In this document: piece after piece, positions 38,863 to 46,894 of the stretch
How positions within the stretch are numbered: position 1 is the first letter of the stretch
Layout: each line of letters opens with the position of its first letter
Source of the DNA: Alloprevotella sp.
Lineage (GTDB): Bacteria; Actinomycetota; Coriobacteriia; Coriobacteriales; Coriobacteriaceae
NCBI GenBank assembly: GCA_963628025.1
Contig: CAVGCW010000036.1
Coordinates: forward strand, 37,896-101,895
Length of the DNA stretch: 64,000 nucleotides
Reading direction: 5' to 3'
The notes under the pieces: generated by a model
The model's database searches: none
What the model was told of the DNA's origin: nothing
Seen by the model: only the letters and a program-made list of their open reading frames with translations
Made by a program: the position numbers and the translations under genes

Positions 38863-39338
38863 TGGGCATTCGCGCGGGCTTGCGCGAGGAGCGTGCCCAG
38901 GCGACGGTCGAGATGGCCGTGGTCACGCCTGTCCTGCTCGTGCTGGCTCTCGTCGCGTACAACGTTATGATCTTTGCCGGCGCGGTCGCGCGCTTCGACC
39001 GCGTGGTGCCCGACATCGTGCTGGCGCACGCCGTGGCGCCGGGCGGGGAGGGTGACGAGAGCTCCATTGACGCTTCCGCGACCGTTCAAGCTCAGATTCA
39101 GGATGCCATGGAGAGATATGACCTACAGGTTGAGGTCTCGAGCGAGCAAGGCGCGGCGTCATCGGATGGTGGCCTGCTCTCTCTTTCTGGCACGTTTAGG
39201 ACCTATACCTGCACCATGCACTACGAGCCGTGGCCGAGTTCGCTGAGCATCGCCGGCGTTTCGCTGGGGGCGCCGGCCGTGCTCACGCATGAGCGCGCGG
39301 TGACGGTCGATCCATGGCGTCCGGGGGTGGTCATGTGA
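38862..39338 (+). CDS. TadE-like pseudopilin
   Basis: TAATG overlap with the upstream gene. LREERAQATVEMAVVTPVLLVLAL motif. Confidence 0.7.
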   Translation: MGIRAGLREERAQATVEMAVVTPVLLVLALVAYNVMIFAGAVARFDRVVPDIVLAHAVAPGGEGDESSIDASATVQAQIQDAMERYDLQVEVSSEQGAASSDGGLLSLSGTFRTYTCTMHYEPWPSSLSIAGVSLGAPAVLTHERAVTVDPWRPGVVM

Positions 39339-39694
39339 CCGCGGTCTCGTCCTATATCGCCTACGCGCGGGCGCTCAACAGGTTGGGCTGGACGCCGGCC
39401 GAGTTTGTGGTGGCGGAGTCGTTTACCGTGCGTCTGCGCGGCATGCTGGGACGGCGTCCGATTGCCGCCAGCGGACTGCCGTTTGTCATGGCGTTTCCGC
39501 GCTGCTTCTCGGTTCACACCTGCCTTATGACCTATCCCATCGACATCGCCTTTATCGATCGCAACGGCAATGTCCTTGCTTGCTGCGAAAACGTTCGCCC
39601 CTGGCGCACGTGCTCCCACCCAGGCGCCTGGGCAGTACTGGAGCGGCCTTCCATACTCGCTATACCTCCCGCCCTCCAACAAGTGCCGGCGTAA
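39335..39694 (+). CDS. DUF192-family protein
   Basis: GMLGRR...HT..M.YPIDIAFID..G.V pattern typical of DUF192/COG1430. GTGA overlap with the upstream gene. Confidence 0.6.
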   Translation: MTAVSSYIAYARALNRLGWTPAEFVVAESFTVRLRGMLGRRPIAASGLPFVMAFPRCFSVHTCLMTYPIDIAFIDRNGNVLACCENVRPWRTCSHPGAWAVLERPSILAIPPALQQVPA

Positions 39695-39756
39695 GAATTG
39701 GCGACAGCGGACTTTCGTCATACGAAATTGGGTAAGATGGAGGAGAAGATGCATGG

Positions 39757-40020
39757 ATGTTGAGATCCATCCGAACGCCAAAAAAACACTTGACGGAAAA
39801 GCAGGTGCTTGGTGCCTGGTTCGCGGTTACTGAGTGCATTCGCCGCGAGTCGGAGGACGAGCCGCCGAGATGGCTTGCCATTGGATGGCTTCCAGATGGT
39901 CGAAGTGTGGAACTTGTTGCGGTCGAACTAATTCGTGGATGGCTCATTATTCATGCCCTGTCTCCGGTTCAGAAGAAATTCTGGCAAGAGATCGAGCGAG
40001 CTCGGCAGAGGGGTCGATGA
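39757..40020 (+). CDS. small putative toxin of a toxin-first type II TA pair (family not recognised with certainty)
   Basis: 87-aa ORF with a GGAGGAG RBS and an ATGA overlap with the downstream RHH gene. See the finding about an alternative ATG at 39753 and the A7 tract. Confidence 0.5.
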   Translation: MLRSIRTPKKHLTEKQVLGAWFAVTECIRRESEDEPPRWLAIGWLPDGRSVELVAVELIRGWLIIHALSPVQKKFWQEIERARQRGR

Positions 40021-40304
40021 TGGGCAAGACGTATACGGCCGCTAATGGTCAGGTTGTAACGGATGAAATGATTGACGCGTGGTGTGAGTCGTACGAGCGC
40101 GGAGAGTTTCCGGATGGCGAACACACCGTTGGTGGAATCGTGCGTGGACGGCCCCCGCTCTCAGGTGAGGGGACGGCAACGCTGTCGGTCAAGATTCCTC
40201 TGGGAATGAAGGAGGCCATTCGTCGACGGGCGGCTGCCGAGGGGATGACGCCAAGTGAGTTTGCCCGTGCGGCTCTGAGTGAAAAACTTCTTGCTGCCGG
40301 CTGA
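40017..40304 (+). CDS. ribbon-helix-helix (CopG-family) antitoxin
   Basis: C-terminal LSVKIPLGMKEAIRRRAAAEGMTPSEFARAAL is a classic RHH. The track ORF start at 39834 is an over-extension. Confidence 0.7.
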   Translation: MMGKTYTAANGQVVTDEMIDAWCESYERGEFPDGEHTVGGIVRGRPPLSGEGTATLSVKIPLGMKEAIRRRAAAEGMTPSEFARAALSEKLLAAG

Positions 40305-40367
40305 TGCCTCTGACGTGCCGATTTATAGAACCGAGGCTGTGCTCAAAAACTTTTTTAAAATTCTCGG

Positions 40368-40395
40368 TTGACCGGAACGCGTCCTTGGTTATACT
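40368..40395 (+). promoter_or_regulatory. sigma-70-type promoter of tRNA-Phe
   Basis: TTGACC, 16-nt spacer, TATACT, about 30 nt upstream of the tRNA 5' end, with an A/T-rich tract upstream. Confidence 0.55.
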
Positions 40396-40427
40396 AATCA
40401 AGCCTTGAAACAAGGCACACATCAAAT

Positions 40428-40500
<73 letters not shown>

Positions 40501-40513
40501 CCTTGAATTGACT

Positions 40514-40544
40514 AGGACCTCTGCAAAGGGGTCCTTTTCTTTTA
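40514..40544 (+). terminator. rho-independent terminator after tRNA-Phe
   Basis: aggacctct-gcaa-aggggtcct followed by TTTCTTTT. Confidence 0.8.
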
Positions 40545-40555
40545 TCGAGGGCTCT

Positions 40556-40789
40556 GCGGAAATTGCGTCCCGGAATTTGGCTTCAGAGTGGGATGCGTTT
40601 TCCGCTTTGATGTCGCTTGGGAAAGCGCGACCCGGAATCCGGCGTCAGAATGGGACGTGCTTTCCTTTTGCGGCCTTTGGCGGAAACTGCGTCCCAGATC
40701 TCGCGCTCAGAACGGGATGCATTTTCCGATTGAGGCCTCGAACGGAAAATGCATCCCAGTCTTTTGCGAAAAACGGGATGCGCTTTCCG
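40556..40789 (+). repeat. four tandem ~48-nt hairpin units with ~62-nt period
   Basis: Units at 40556-40605, 40620-40665, 40681-40728 and 40743-40789. Each has a CGGAAAnTGCGTCCC arm, a 17-18 nt loop, and a GGGATGCnTTTTCCG arm. Confidence 0.85.
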
Positions 40790-40983
40790 GCGCTTACTTC
40801 CGACGTGCGCGCACATCTCGGCGCACCAGCTCGTGCCCACCTGTCCCAGACATTCCTCCCACTTTTGCGCCACTTTGTAGACCGTTCGGTCGCCTGTCTG
40901 CATGCGCGGGTATACTCAAATCGATAGATATGTCATGCAAGAGCGATGCGGGCTTAGCCCGTATGATTCAAAAGGGGGCAGTG

Positions 40984-42045
40984 ATGGAGAGGATACTCGG
41001 CGTTAATCTCTCTGGCTGGTTTATTCCCGAGCCTTGGGTGACCCCGTCGCTATACGCGGCGACCGGTGCATCCAACGCGGCCGAGCTGCAGGAGGCCATG
41101 GGCACCGCCGCCTATAACGAGCGCATGCGCCGTCATTACGAGACGTTTGTGAGCGAGGACGATTTCCGTCGCATGGCGCAGATCGGTCTCAATGCCGTGC
41201 GTCTGCCGGTGCCCTGGTATGCCTTTGGCTCGCAGGAGTCCGATGCGTCCTACATCTCGGTTGTCGACTACATCGACCGTGCAATTGAGTGGGCTGCCAA
41301 GTACGACATCCGCGTGCTGCTTGATCTAGCAACTGTGCCCGGTGGCCAGGGCGATTCCAACGATTCGCCCGCCACGCCAGAGGCTGTTGCCGAGTGGCAT
41401 TCGTCCACTAACGGCCGTCATGTCGCACTCGACGTGCTCGAGCGCTTGGCTGATCGCTACGGCGAGGCCGAGAGCCTGCTGGGCATTGAGCTGCTGGATA
41501 CGCCGCAGATGAGTGTCCGCAAGAGCCTCTTCACCATGACGGATGGCATTCCTGCTCACTACCTGCGCAATTTCTATCGCGATGCCTACGAGCTCGTCCG
41601 TTCGTATATGCCCGAGGATAAGATCGTCGTCTTCTCGTCGTCGGGGCATCCCAGCGAGTGGAAGCATTTTATGCGCGGCGCCAAGTACAAGAACGTCTAC
41701 ATGGACCTTCACCTGTACCATTACCGCGACGAGCATGCGCTCGACATCACGAGCCCCCGCGGGCTGACGACGGCGATTTCTCGTAACAAGCGCGAGCTCA
41801 AAGAAGCGATTTCGACTGGGTTCCCCGTGCTGGTGGGCGAATGGTCGGGCGCGGCGATCTTTGCCAACTCGTCGGTTACGCCCGAGGGCCGCAATGCCTA
41901 CGAGCGCGTGTTTATCGCCAACCAACTGGCTTCGTTTGCACCGGCTGCCGGTTGGTTCTTCCAAACGTGGAAGACCGAGAAGCGCATTGCAGCATGGGAC
42001 GCCCGCGCGGCGCTCGGTACGCTCGAGCGTGGCATGATTGAATAG
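40984..42045 (+). CDS. GH5-family glycoside hydrolase (exo-beta-1,3-glucanase-like)
   Basis: MERILGVNLSGWFIPEPW... N-terminus, GEW catalytic-type motif (LVGEWSG). AAAGGGGG RBS. The track ORF start at 40588 runs through the hairpin array and is rejected. Confidence 0.8.
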   Translation: MERILGVNLSGWFIPEPWVTPSLYAATGASNAAELQEAMGTAAYNERMRRHYETFVSEDDFRRMAQIGLNAVRLPVPWYAFGSQESDASYISVVDYIDRAIEWAAKYDIRVLLDLATVPGGQGDSNDSPATPEAVAEWHSSTNGRHVALDVLERLADRYGEAESLLGIELLDTPQMSVRKSLFTMTDGIPAHYLRNFYRDAYELVRSYMPEDKIVVFSSSGHPSEWKHFMRGAKYKNVYMDLHLYHYRDEHALDITSPRGLTTAISRNKRELKEAISTGFPVLVGEWSGAAIFANSSVTPEGRNAYERVFIANQLASFAPAAGWFFQTWKTEKRIAAWDARAALGTLERGMIE

Positions 42046-42051
42046 GTTGAT

Positions 42052-42930
42052 ATGACGCAAAACAGCGCCCATACGGGCAAACTCTATGTGGTCGGCACGC
42101 CCATCGGCAACCTGGGCGACCTGTCCCCGCGCGTTGGCGAGGCGTTTGCCGCCGCCGATGTCATTTGCTGCGAAGACACGCGTGTGACGTCAAAGCTGCT
42201 GATGCACCTGGGCATTTCCAAGCCGCTTGTCCGTTGCGACGAGAATGTGATCGCCAGCCGCGCCGCCGGCCTGGTCGACCGTCTGCTGGCGGGGGAGACC
42301 CTCGCCTTTGCCTCGGACGCCGGCATGCCGAGCGTGTCCGATCCCGGCCAGGCGCTGGTCGAGGCGGCACGTGAGGCCGATGTGCCCGTCGAAGTTATTC
42401 CCGGGCCCTCCGCTTGCGTCACGGCGCTCGTTTCGTCCGGCATTCCCTGTGAGCATTTTTTCTTTGAGGGCTTTTTGGGCCGAAAGCACGGCGACCGCGT
42501 GCGTCGTTTGCAGCGCCTTGCCGTGGTTCCCGGCGCACTCATCTTCTACGAGTCTCCACATCGCATCGTGGCGACGCTCGAGGCCGTGGCAGAGGTTTTT
42601 CCCCAGCGTGAGGTTGCCGTCTGCCGCGAGCTCACCAAGCTGCACGAGGAAGTCTTGCGCGGGCCCGCTGCCCAGCTTGCTGAGGAGCTGCGTGCTCGCG
42701 GCGAGGTAAAGGGCGAGATTGCGCTGGTCATCGCGCCGCCGAGCGAGGATGAGGAGGCCGGTATCGTGCCGGTTGGCGCCGCGGCAGCGGATCCCGACGA
42801 GGCCCTGCGCGAGGATATCCGCGCCGCGCTCGAGGAGGGGGAGCCCGCGTCTGCGGTGGCCAAGCGCCTGTCTCAGAAGTATTCGCGCCGCAAGCGCGAT
42901 GTCTATGCCATGGTGCTCGATATGCAATAG
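42052..42930 (+). CDS. rsmI: 16S rRNA (cytidine1402-2'-O)-methyltransferase
   Basis: LYVVGTPIGNLGDLSPR N-terminal tetrapyrrole-methylase-fold motif. Confidence 0.9.
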   Translation: MTQNSAHTGKLYVVGTPIGNLGDLSPRVGEAFAAADVICCEDTRVTSKLLMHLGISKPLVRCDENVIASRAAGLVDRLLAGETLAFASDAGMPSVSDPGQALVEAAREADVPVEVIPGPSACVTALVSSGIPCEHFFFEGFLGRKHGDRVRRLQRLAVVPGALIFYESPHRIVATLEAVAEVFPQREVAVCRELTKLHEEVLRGPAAQLAEELRARGEVKGEIALVIAPPSEDEEAGIVPVGAAAADPDEALREDIRAALEEGEPASAVAKRLSQKYSRRKRDVYAMVLDMQ

Positions 42931-42999
42931 ATGGAGGATATCCAGCCCTTGCGCTAGAATCATCCTCTGTATGCAACGTTTTTCTGGAGGACAAACCCC

Positions 43000-44601
43000 A
43001 TGGATCAAAGCAAGCCTTCGTTCTTTATCACGACGCCCATCTACTACGTCAACGCCGATCCGCACCTGGGCACGGCTTATTCCACCATCATCGCCGACGT
43101 TCAGGCTCGCTATCGCCGCTCCGCCGGCTATAACGTCAAGTTCCTGACCGGCATGGACGAGCACGGCGAGAAGGTCGCCGAGGCCGCAGCCAAGCACAAC
43201 ATGACGCCTCAGGAGTGGACCGACAGCCAGGCTCCGCACTTCAAGGAGCTTTGGAACAAGCTCGAGATCTCCAACGACGACTTCATCCGCACCACCGAGC
43301 CGCGCCAGCATCATGCCGTGCAGTACCTGTGGGAGCGCATGAAGGAGTCCGGTTACCTGTATAAGGGCAGCTACGACGGCTGGTATTGCGTGCCTGATGA
43401 GACCTACTTCACCGATACACAGGTCCAGAAGGGCGACGAGGAGTACGGCAGCGTCGGCCAGCACCTGTGCCCCGACTGCCACCGTCCGCTTGAGCGCGTG
43501 CAGGAGGAGTCCTACTTCTTTAAGCTTTCCGCCTTCCAGGACAAGCTGCTCAAGCTCTATGACGAGCACCCCGACTTTGTCGAGCCTGCGTTCCGCATGA
43601 ACGAGGTTCGCAGCTTTGTCGAGGGCGGCCTTAACGACCTATCCGTGAGCCGTACGAGCTTTGACTGGGGCATTCAGGTCCCGTTTGACGAGGGCCACGT
43701 GACGTATGTGTGGTTCGATGCGCTGCTCAACTATATGACGGCCGTCGGCTACGGTGTCGACACCGACGAGGCGCGTGCCGAGCTGGCCTATCGCTGGCCC
43801 GCGCAGTTCCACATCGTGGGTAAGGACATCATCCGCTTCCACTGCGTCATTTGGCCCGCCATGCTCATGGCCATTGGCGAGGCCCTGCCCGAGCACGTCT
43901 TTGCCCACGGCTTCCTGACCGTGCGCAATGCCGAGACTGGCAAGGCCGAGAAGATGTCCAAGAGCCGCGGCAACGCCATCGCTCCGCAGGACGTTATCGA
44001 CATGCTGGGCGTCGAGGGCTATCGCTACTACTTCATGACCGACGTCGTCCCCGGTACCGACGGCGCCATCAGCTTCGACCGCATGGAGCAGGTCTACAAC
44101 GCCGACCTGGCCAACAGCTGGGGCAACCTTATCTCGCGTTCGCTCAACATGAGCGGCAAGTACTTTGACGGTTGCGCGCCCGCCAAGCCCGCATCGTTCG
44201 ATGCGTTCGACAACCCGCTGGCAAAGATCGCCGATGGTCTGGTCGAGCGCTACATGGCCAAGATGGACGTGCTCGATTACGGCGGAGCCAAGGACGAGGT
44301 CATGGAGCTCATCCATGCCGCCAACCACTACATCGAGGACTCTGAGCCTTGGGCACTTGCCAAGGACGAGGCCAAGGCTGACGAGCTGGCGTTTGTGATC
44401 TACAACCTGCTCGAGGCCATCCGCATTGCCGCCCACCTGCTGATGCCGCTCATGCCTCAGACCTCTGCCGAGGCCCTGCGCCGCCTGTCCTGCGAGGACG
44501 AGGCCGCGACCGACGACCTCAAGGGCATTTGCGCTTGGGGCCTGCTTGCCGGCGGTCAGCCTGTCGAGAAGGGCGAGCCGCTGTTCCCGCGTCTGGGCTA
44601 A
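43000..44601 (+). CDS. metG: methionine--tRNA ligase
   Basis: HIGH-type PHLGTAYS, Zn knuckle CPDCHRP, and KMSKS. Confidence 0.95.
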   Translation: MDQSKPSFFITTPIYYVNADPHLGTAYSTIIADVQARYRRSAGYNVKFLTGMDEHGEKVAEAAAKHNMTPQEWTDSQAPHFKELWNKLEISNDDFIRTTEPRQHHAVQYLWERMKESGYLYKGSYDGWYCVPDETYFTDTQVQKGDEEYGSVGQHLCPDCHRPLERVQEESYFFKLSAFQDKLLKLYDEHPDFVEPAFRMNEVRSFVEGGLNDLSVSRTSFDWGIQVPFDEGHVTYVWFDALLNYMTAVGYGVDTDEARAELAYRWPAQFHIVGKDIIRFHCVIWPAMLMAIGEALPEHVFAHGFLTVRNAETGKAEKMSKSRGNAIAPQDVIDMLGVEGYRYYFMTDVVPGTDGAISFDRMEQVYNADLANSWGNLISRSLNMSGKYFDGCAPAKPASFDAFDNPLAKIADGLVERYMAKMDVLDYGGAKDEVMELIHAANHYIEDSEPWALAKDEAKADELAFVIYNLLEAIRIAAHLLMPLMPQTSAEALRRLSCEDEAATDDLKGICAWGLLAGGQPVEKGEPLFPRLG

Positions 44602-44640
44602 GACGCGGCGCGCCATATCGGCAATTTGCTGTTTAGATGT

Positions 44641-44676
44641 AAGGGCATGGCCGCCACGGTCCATGCCCTTTCGTTT
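44641..44676 (+). terminator. rho-independent terminator after metG
   Basis: aagggcatgg-ccgccacggt-ccatgccctt followed by TCGTTT. Confidence 0.7.
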
Positions 44677-44708
44677 CAAGACGCCGCCATCATGCTAAGG
44701 AGGCAACT

Positions 44709-45569
44709 ATGACAACTTCGCCTTTGGCAAACCCCACGGCAACAAGGGAGCTGCTGGAGGAGTTTGGCCTTGCGACCAAGCATCGCCTGGGCCAGAACTT
44801 CCTGATCGACAACCATGTGATCGAGCGCATTTGCGAGCTTGCCGAGCTTGCGGGCGATGAGCGCGTGCTCGAGGTTGGTCCGGGCGTTGGCACGCTCACG
44901 CTTGCGCTGTTGCAGGAGGCGGCGTGCGTCACGTCGATCGAAGCAGATCCCGAGCTCGAACCGGTGCTCGACGCCCATGCCGCCGACTATGCCAACTTCC
45001 GCTTTATCATGGGCGACGCGCTTAAGGTGGGCCCGGAGCAGATTGAGCAGGCCGCCGGCGGCGAGCCCACGGTATTTGTCGCGAACTTGCCCTATAACGT
45101 GGCGGCGACGATCATTTTGCAATTTTTCCAGACGATGCCGGCGCTCAAGCGTGCCGTCGTCATGGTGCAAAAGGAGGTTGCCGATCGCATTGCCGCAGTG
45201 CCGGGCAACAAGACCTATGGCGGCTATACGGCAAAGCTCGGCCTGTATGCGCAGGTGACGGGTCGCTTTGAGGTGCCGCCGCGTTGCTTTATGCCAGCGC
45301 CGCACGTGGACTCGGCCGTCGTGCGTATCGACCGTGTTGACGGCGTGGTGCCCGAGGGGCTCGATCGCGAGTTCGTGGCTCGTGTGATCGACGCTGCATT
45401 TGCTCAGCGGCGCAAGACCATCCGAAATTCCATGAGCGCCAACGGTTTTGCCAAGGACGTGCTCGATGCCGCTTTTGAGGTTTGCGGTATCGCACCCACC
45501 ACGCGCGCCGAGACGCTCGATGTTGCCGACTTTGTCCGTCTGGCCCGGGAGCTAATCCATGACGCCTAA
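44709..45569 (+). CDS. rsmA: 16S rRNA (adenine1518/1519-N6)-dimethyltransferase
   Basis: LGQNFL motif, SAM-binding VLEVGPGVGTLT, NLPYNV. Confidence 0.9.
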   Translation: MTTSPLANPTATRELLEEFGLATKHRLGQNFLIDNHVIERICELAELAGDERVLEVGPGVGTLTLALLQEAACVTSIEADPELEPVLDAHAADYANFRFIMGDALKVGPEQIEQAAGGEPTVFVANLPYNVAATIILQFFQTMPALKRAVVMVQKEVADRIAAVPGNKTYGGYTAKLGLYAQVTGRFEVPPRCFMPAPHVDSAVVRIDRVDGVVPEGLDREFVARVIDAAFAQRRKTIRNSMSANGFAKDVLDAAFEVCGIAPTTRAETLDVADFVRLARELIHDA

Positions 45570-46476
45570 TGCCGAACGCGTGACGTTTACCAAGAAAAAG
45601 AAGACGGTTGCTTGTCCCGTGCCCTTGGCGCCGCTTGCCGACACGCATGCACATCTGCTTTCGTTTTGGGGCAAGGATGTGCCCGAGACGCTCGTGCGCG
45701 CCAAAGCCGCGGGCGTCGACCTGTTGGTGACGATGTTCGACCCCATTGCCGACAAGCGCAGCGTGGCGGACTATAGCGACTGGCTGGTGCGCGAGATTCT
45801 TCCGATGCAGGATATCCCGCAGATCAAGTATCTTGCCGGCGTGCATCCGTATGGCGCGCCGGACTATACCGACGACGTTCATGCACAGGTCGTTGCGGCA
45901 CTTGATGACCCCTTATGCGCCGGTATTGGCGAAATCGGCCTGGACTATCACATGGACTATGACGACGATATCGCGCCGGCACCCCATAACGTGCAGATTG
46001 ATTGCATGGCGCGCCAGCTCGAGCTTGCCGTGCGCCGCAATGTGCCGGTGGAGCTGCACCTGCGTCACGAGGACTCGGATGGGGAGCGCACCTCGCACGT
46101 TGATGCGTACAACGTACTGCGCGAGGTGGGTGTGCCCCAGGCTGGTTGTGTGCTGCACTGTTTTGGCGAGGACCGCGCCACGATGGAGCGCTTTGTGGAT
46201 TTGGGCTGCTATATCGCCTATGGCGGTGCGGCCACCTTTAAGCGCAACGACGATGTGCGCGAGGCATTTGCGGCAACCCCACTCGATCGAATTTTGTTCG
46301 AGACGGATTGCCCGTATATGGCTCCGGAGCCCATCCGCGGTCTTGAATGCGAGCCCGCAATGATCTCCATTACGGCAAACACGCTGGTCAACGACCGTGT
46401 CGATCGTACCGGCGAGGATGCTGAGGCAATCGCGCGAGCAGCTTGGGAAAATGCCTGCAAACTTTTTCAAAAATAG
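45559..46476 (+). CDS. TatD-family metal-dependent hydrolase
   Basis: DTHAHL start motif, GEIGLDYH, and the ETDCPYMAP C-terminal motif. Confidence 0.85.
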   Translation: MTPNAERVTFTKKKKTVACPVPLAPLADTHAHLLSFWGKDVPETLVRAKAAGVDLLVTMFDPIADKRSVADYSDWLVREILPMQDIPQIKYLAGVHPYGAPDYTDDVHAQVVAALDDPLCAGIGEIGLDYHMDYDDDIAPAPHNVQIDCMARQLELAVRRNVPVELHLRHEDSDGERTSHVDAYNVLREVGVPQAGCVLHCFGEDRATMERFVDLGCYIAYGGAATFKRNDDVREAFAATPLDRILFETDCPYMAPEPIRGLECEPAMISITANTLVNDRVDRTGEDAEAIARAAWENACKLFQK

Positions 46477-46519
46477 TTCTTGCGTTCGCGATGGCGCTCC
46501 GTTATTCTAATTCCTGCAC

Positions 46520-46606
46520 GCGGGCGTGGCGGAATTGGCAGACGCGTACGGTTCAGGTCCGTATGGGGGCAACCCCATGAAGGTTCAAGTCCTTTCGCCC
46601 GCACCA
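46520..46606 (+). tRNA. tRNA-Leu (anticodon CAG), type II with long variable arm, CCA encoded
   Basis: Acceptor GCGGGCG/CGCCCGC, anticodon arm TACGG-TTCAGGT-CCGTA, T arm GAAGG-TTCAAGT-CCTTT. Confidence 0.95.
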
Positions 46607-46615
46607 TTAAATGAA

Positions 46616-46642
46616 AGAGCTCCCAGCAATGGGAGCTTTTTT
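46616..46642 (+). terminator. terminator after tRNA-Leu (duplicated at 46805-46831)
   Basis: agagctccc-agcaat-gggagct followed by TTTTT. Confidence 0.8.
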
Positions 46643-46648
46643 GTTATG

Positions 46649-46777
46649 GGCCCATCACAGGGACTTGAACCTGTAAAGGAGCGAGCGTAAAGAAAACGCG
46701 GAGCGTTTTTAGCGAGCTGGCGAGGACGCCGGCAGGCGGCCGAAGCCGGTGCGGATCCGCGAAGCGGATACGCGGAC
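46649..46777 (+). mobile_element. 129-nt non-coding insert (segment X plus conserved core) between 60-nt direct repeats of the tRNA-Leu 3' end plus terminator
   Basis: Direct repeats 46589-46648 and 46778-46837 are 58/60 identical. The core 46688-46777 is ~90% identical to 51671-51758 and 52102-52189. No ORF. Confidence 0.45.
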
Positions 46778-46894
46778 GTCCTTTCGCCCGAACCATTGAA
46801 TGAAAGAGCTCCCAGCAATGGGAGCTTTTTTGTTATGTACGATCTCCTTGTGCGGGTATCCTAGTGCCAACGTATGCCTATCAGAGGAGAGACC

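Noticed and set aside
40556-40789. Possible CRISPR array.
   Set aside because: The repeats are ~48 nt, imperfect and internally palindromic with large loops. The spacers are only 13-14 nt. There are only four units, and there is no leader or cas gene. This is not CRISPR-like.
40588-40983. N-terminal 132 residues of the 485-aa track ORF leading into the GH5 gene.
   Set aside because: This part reads straight through the four hairpin repeats and has no RBS. MERILGVNLSGW at 40984, preceded by AAAGGGGG, is the natural GH5 start.
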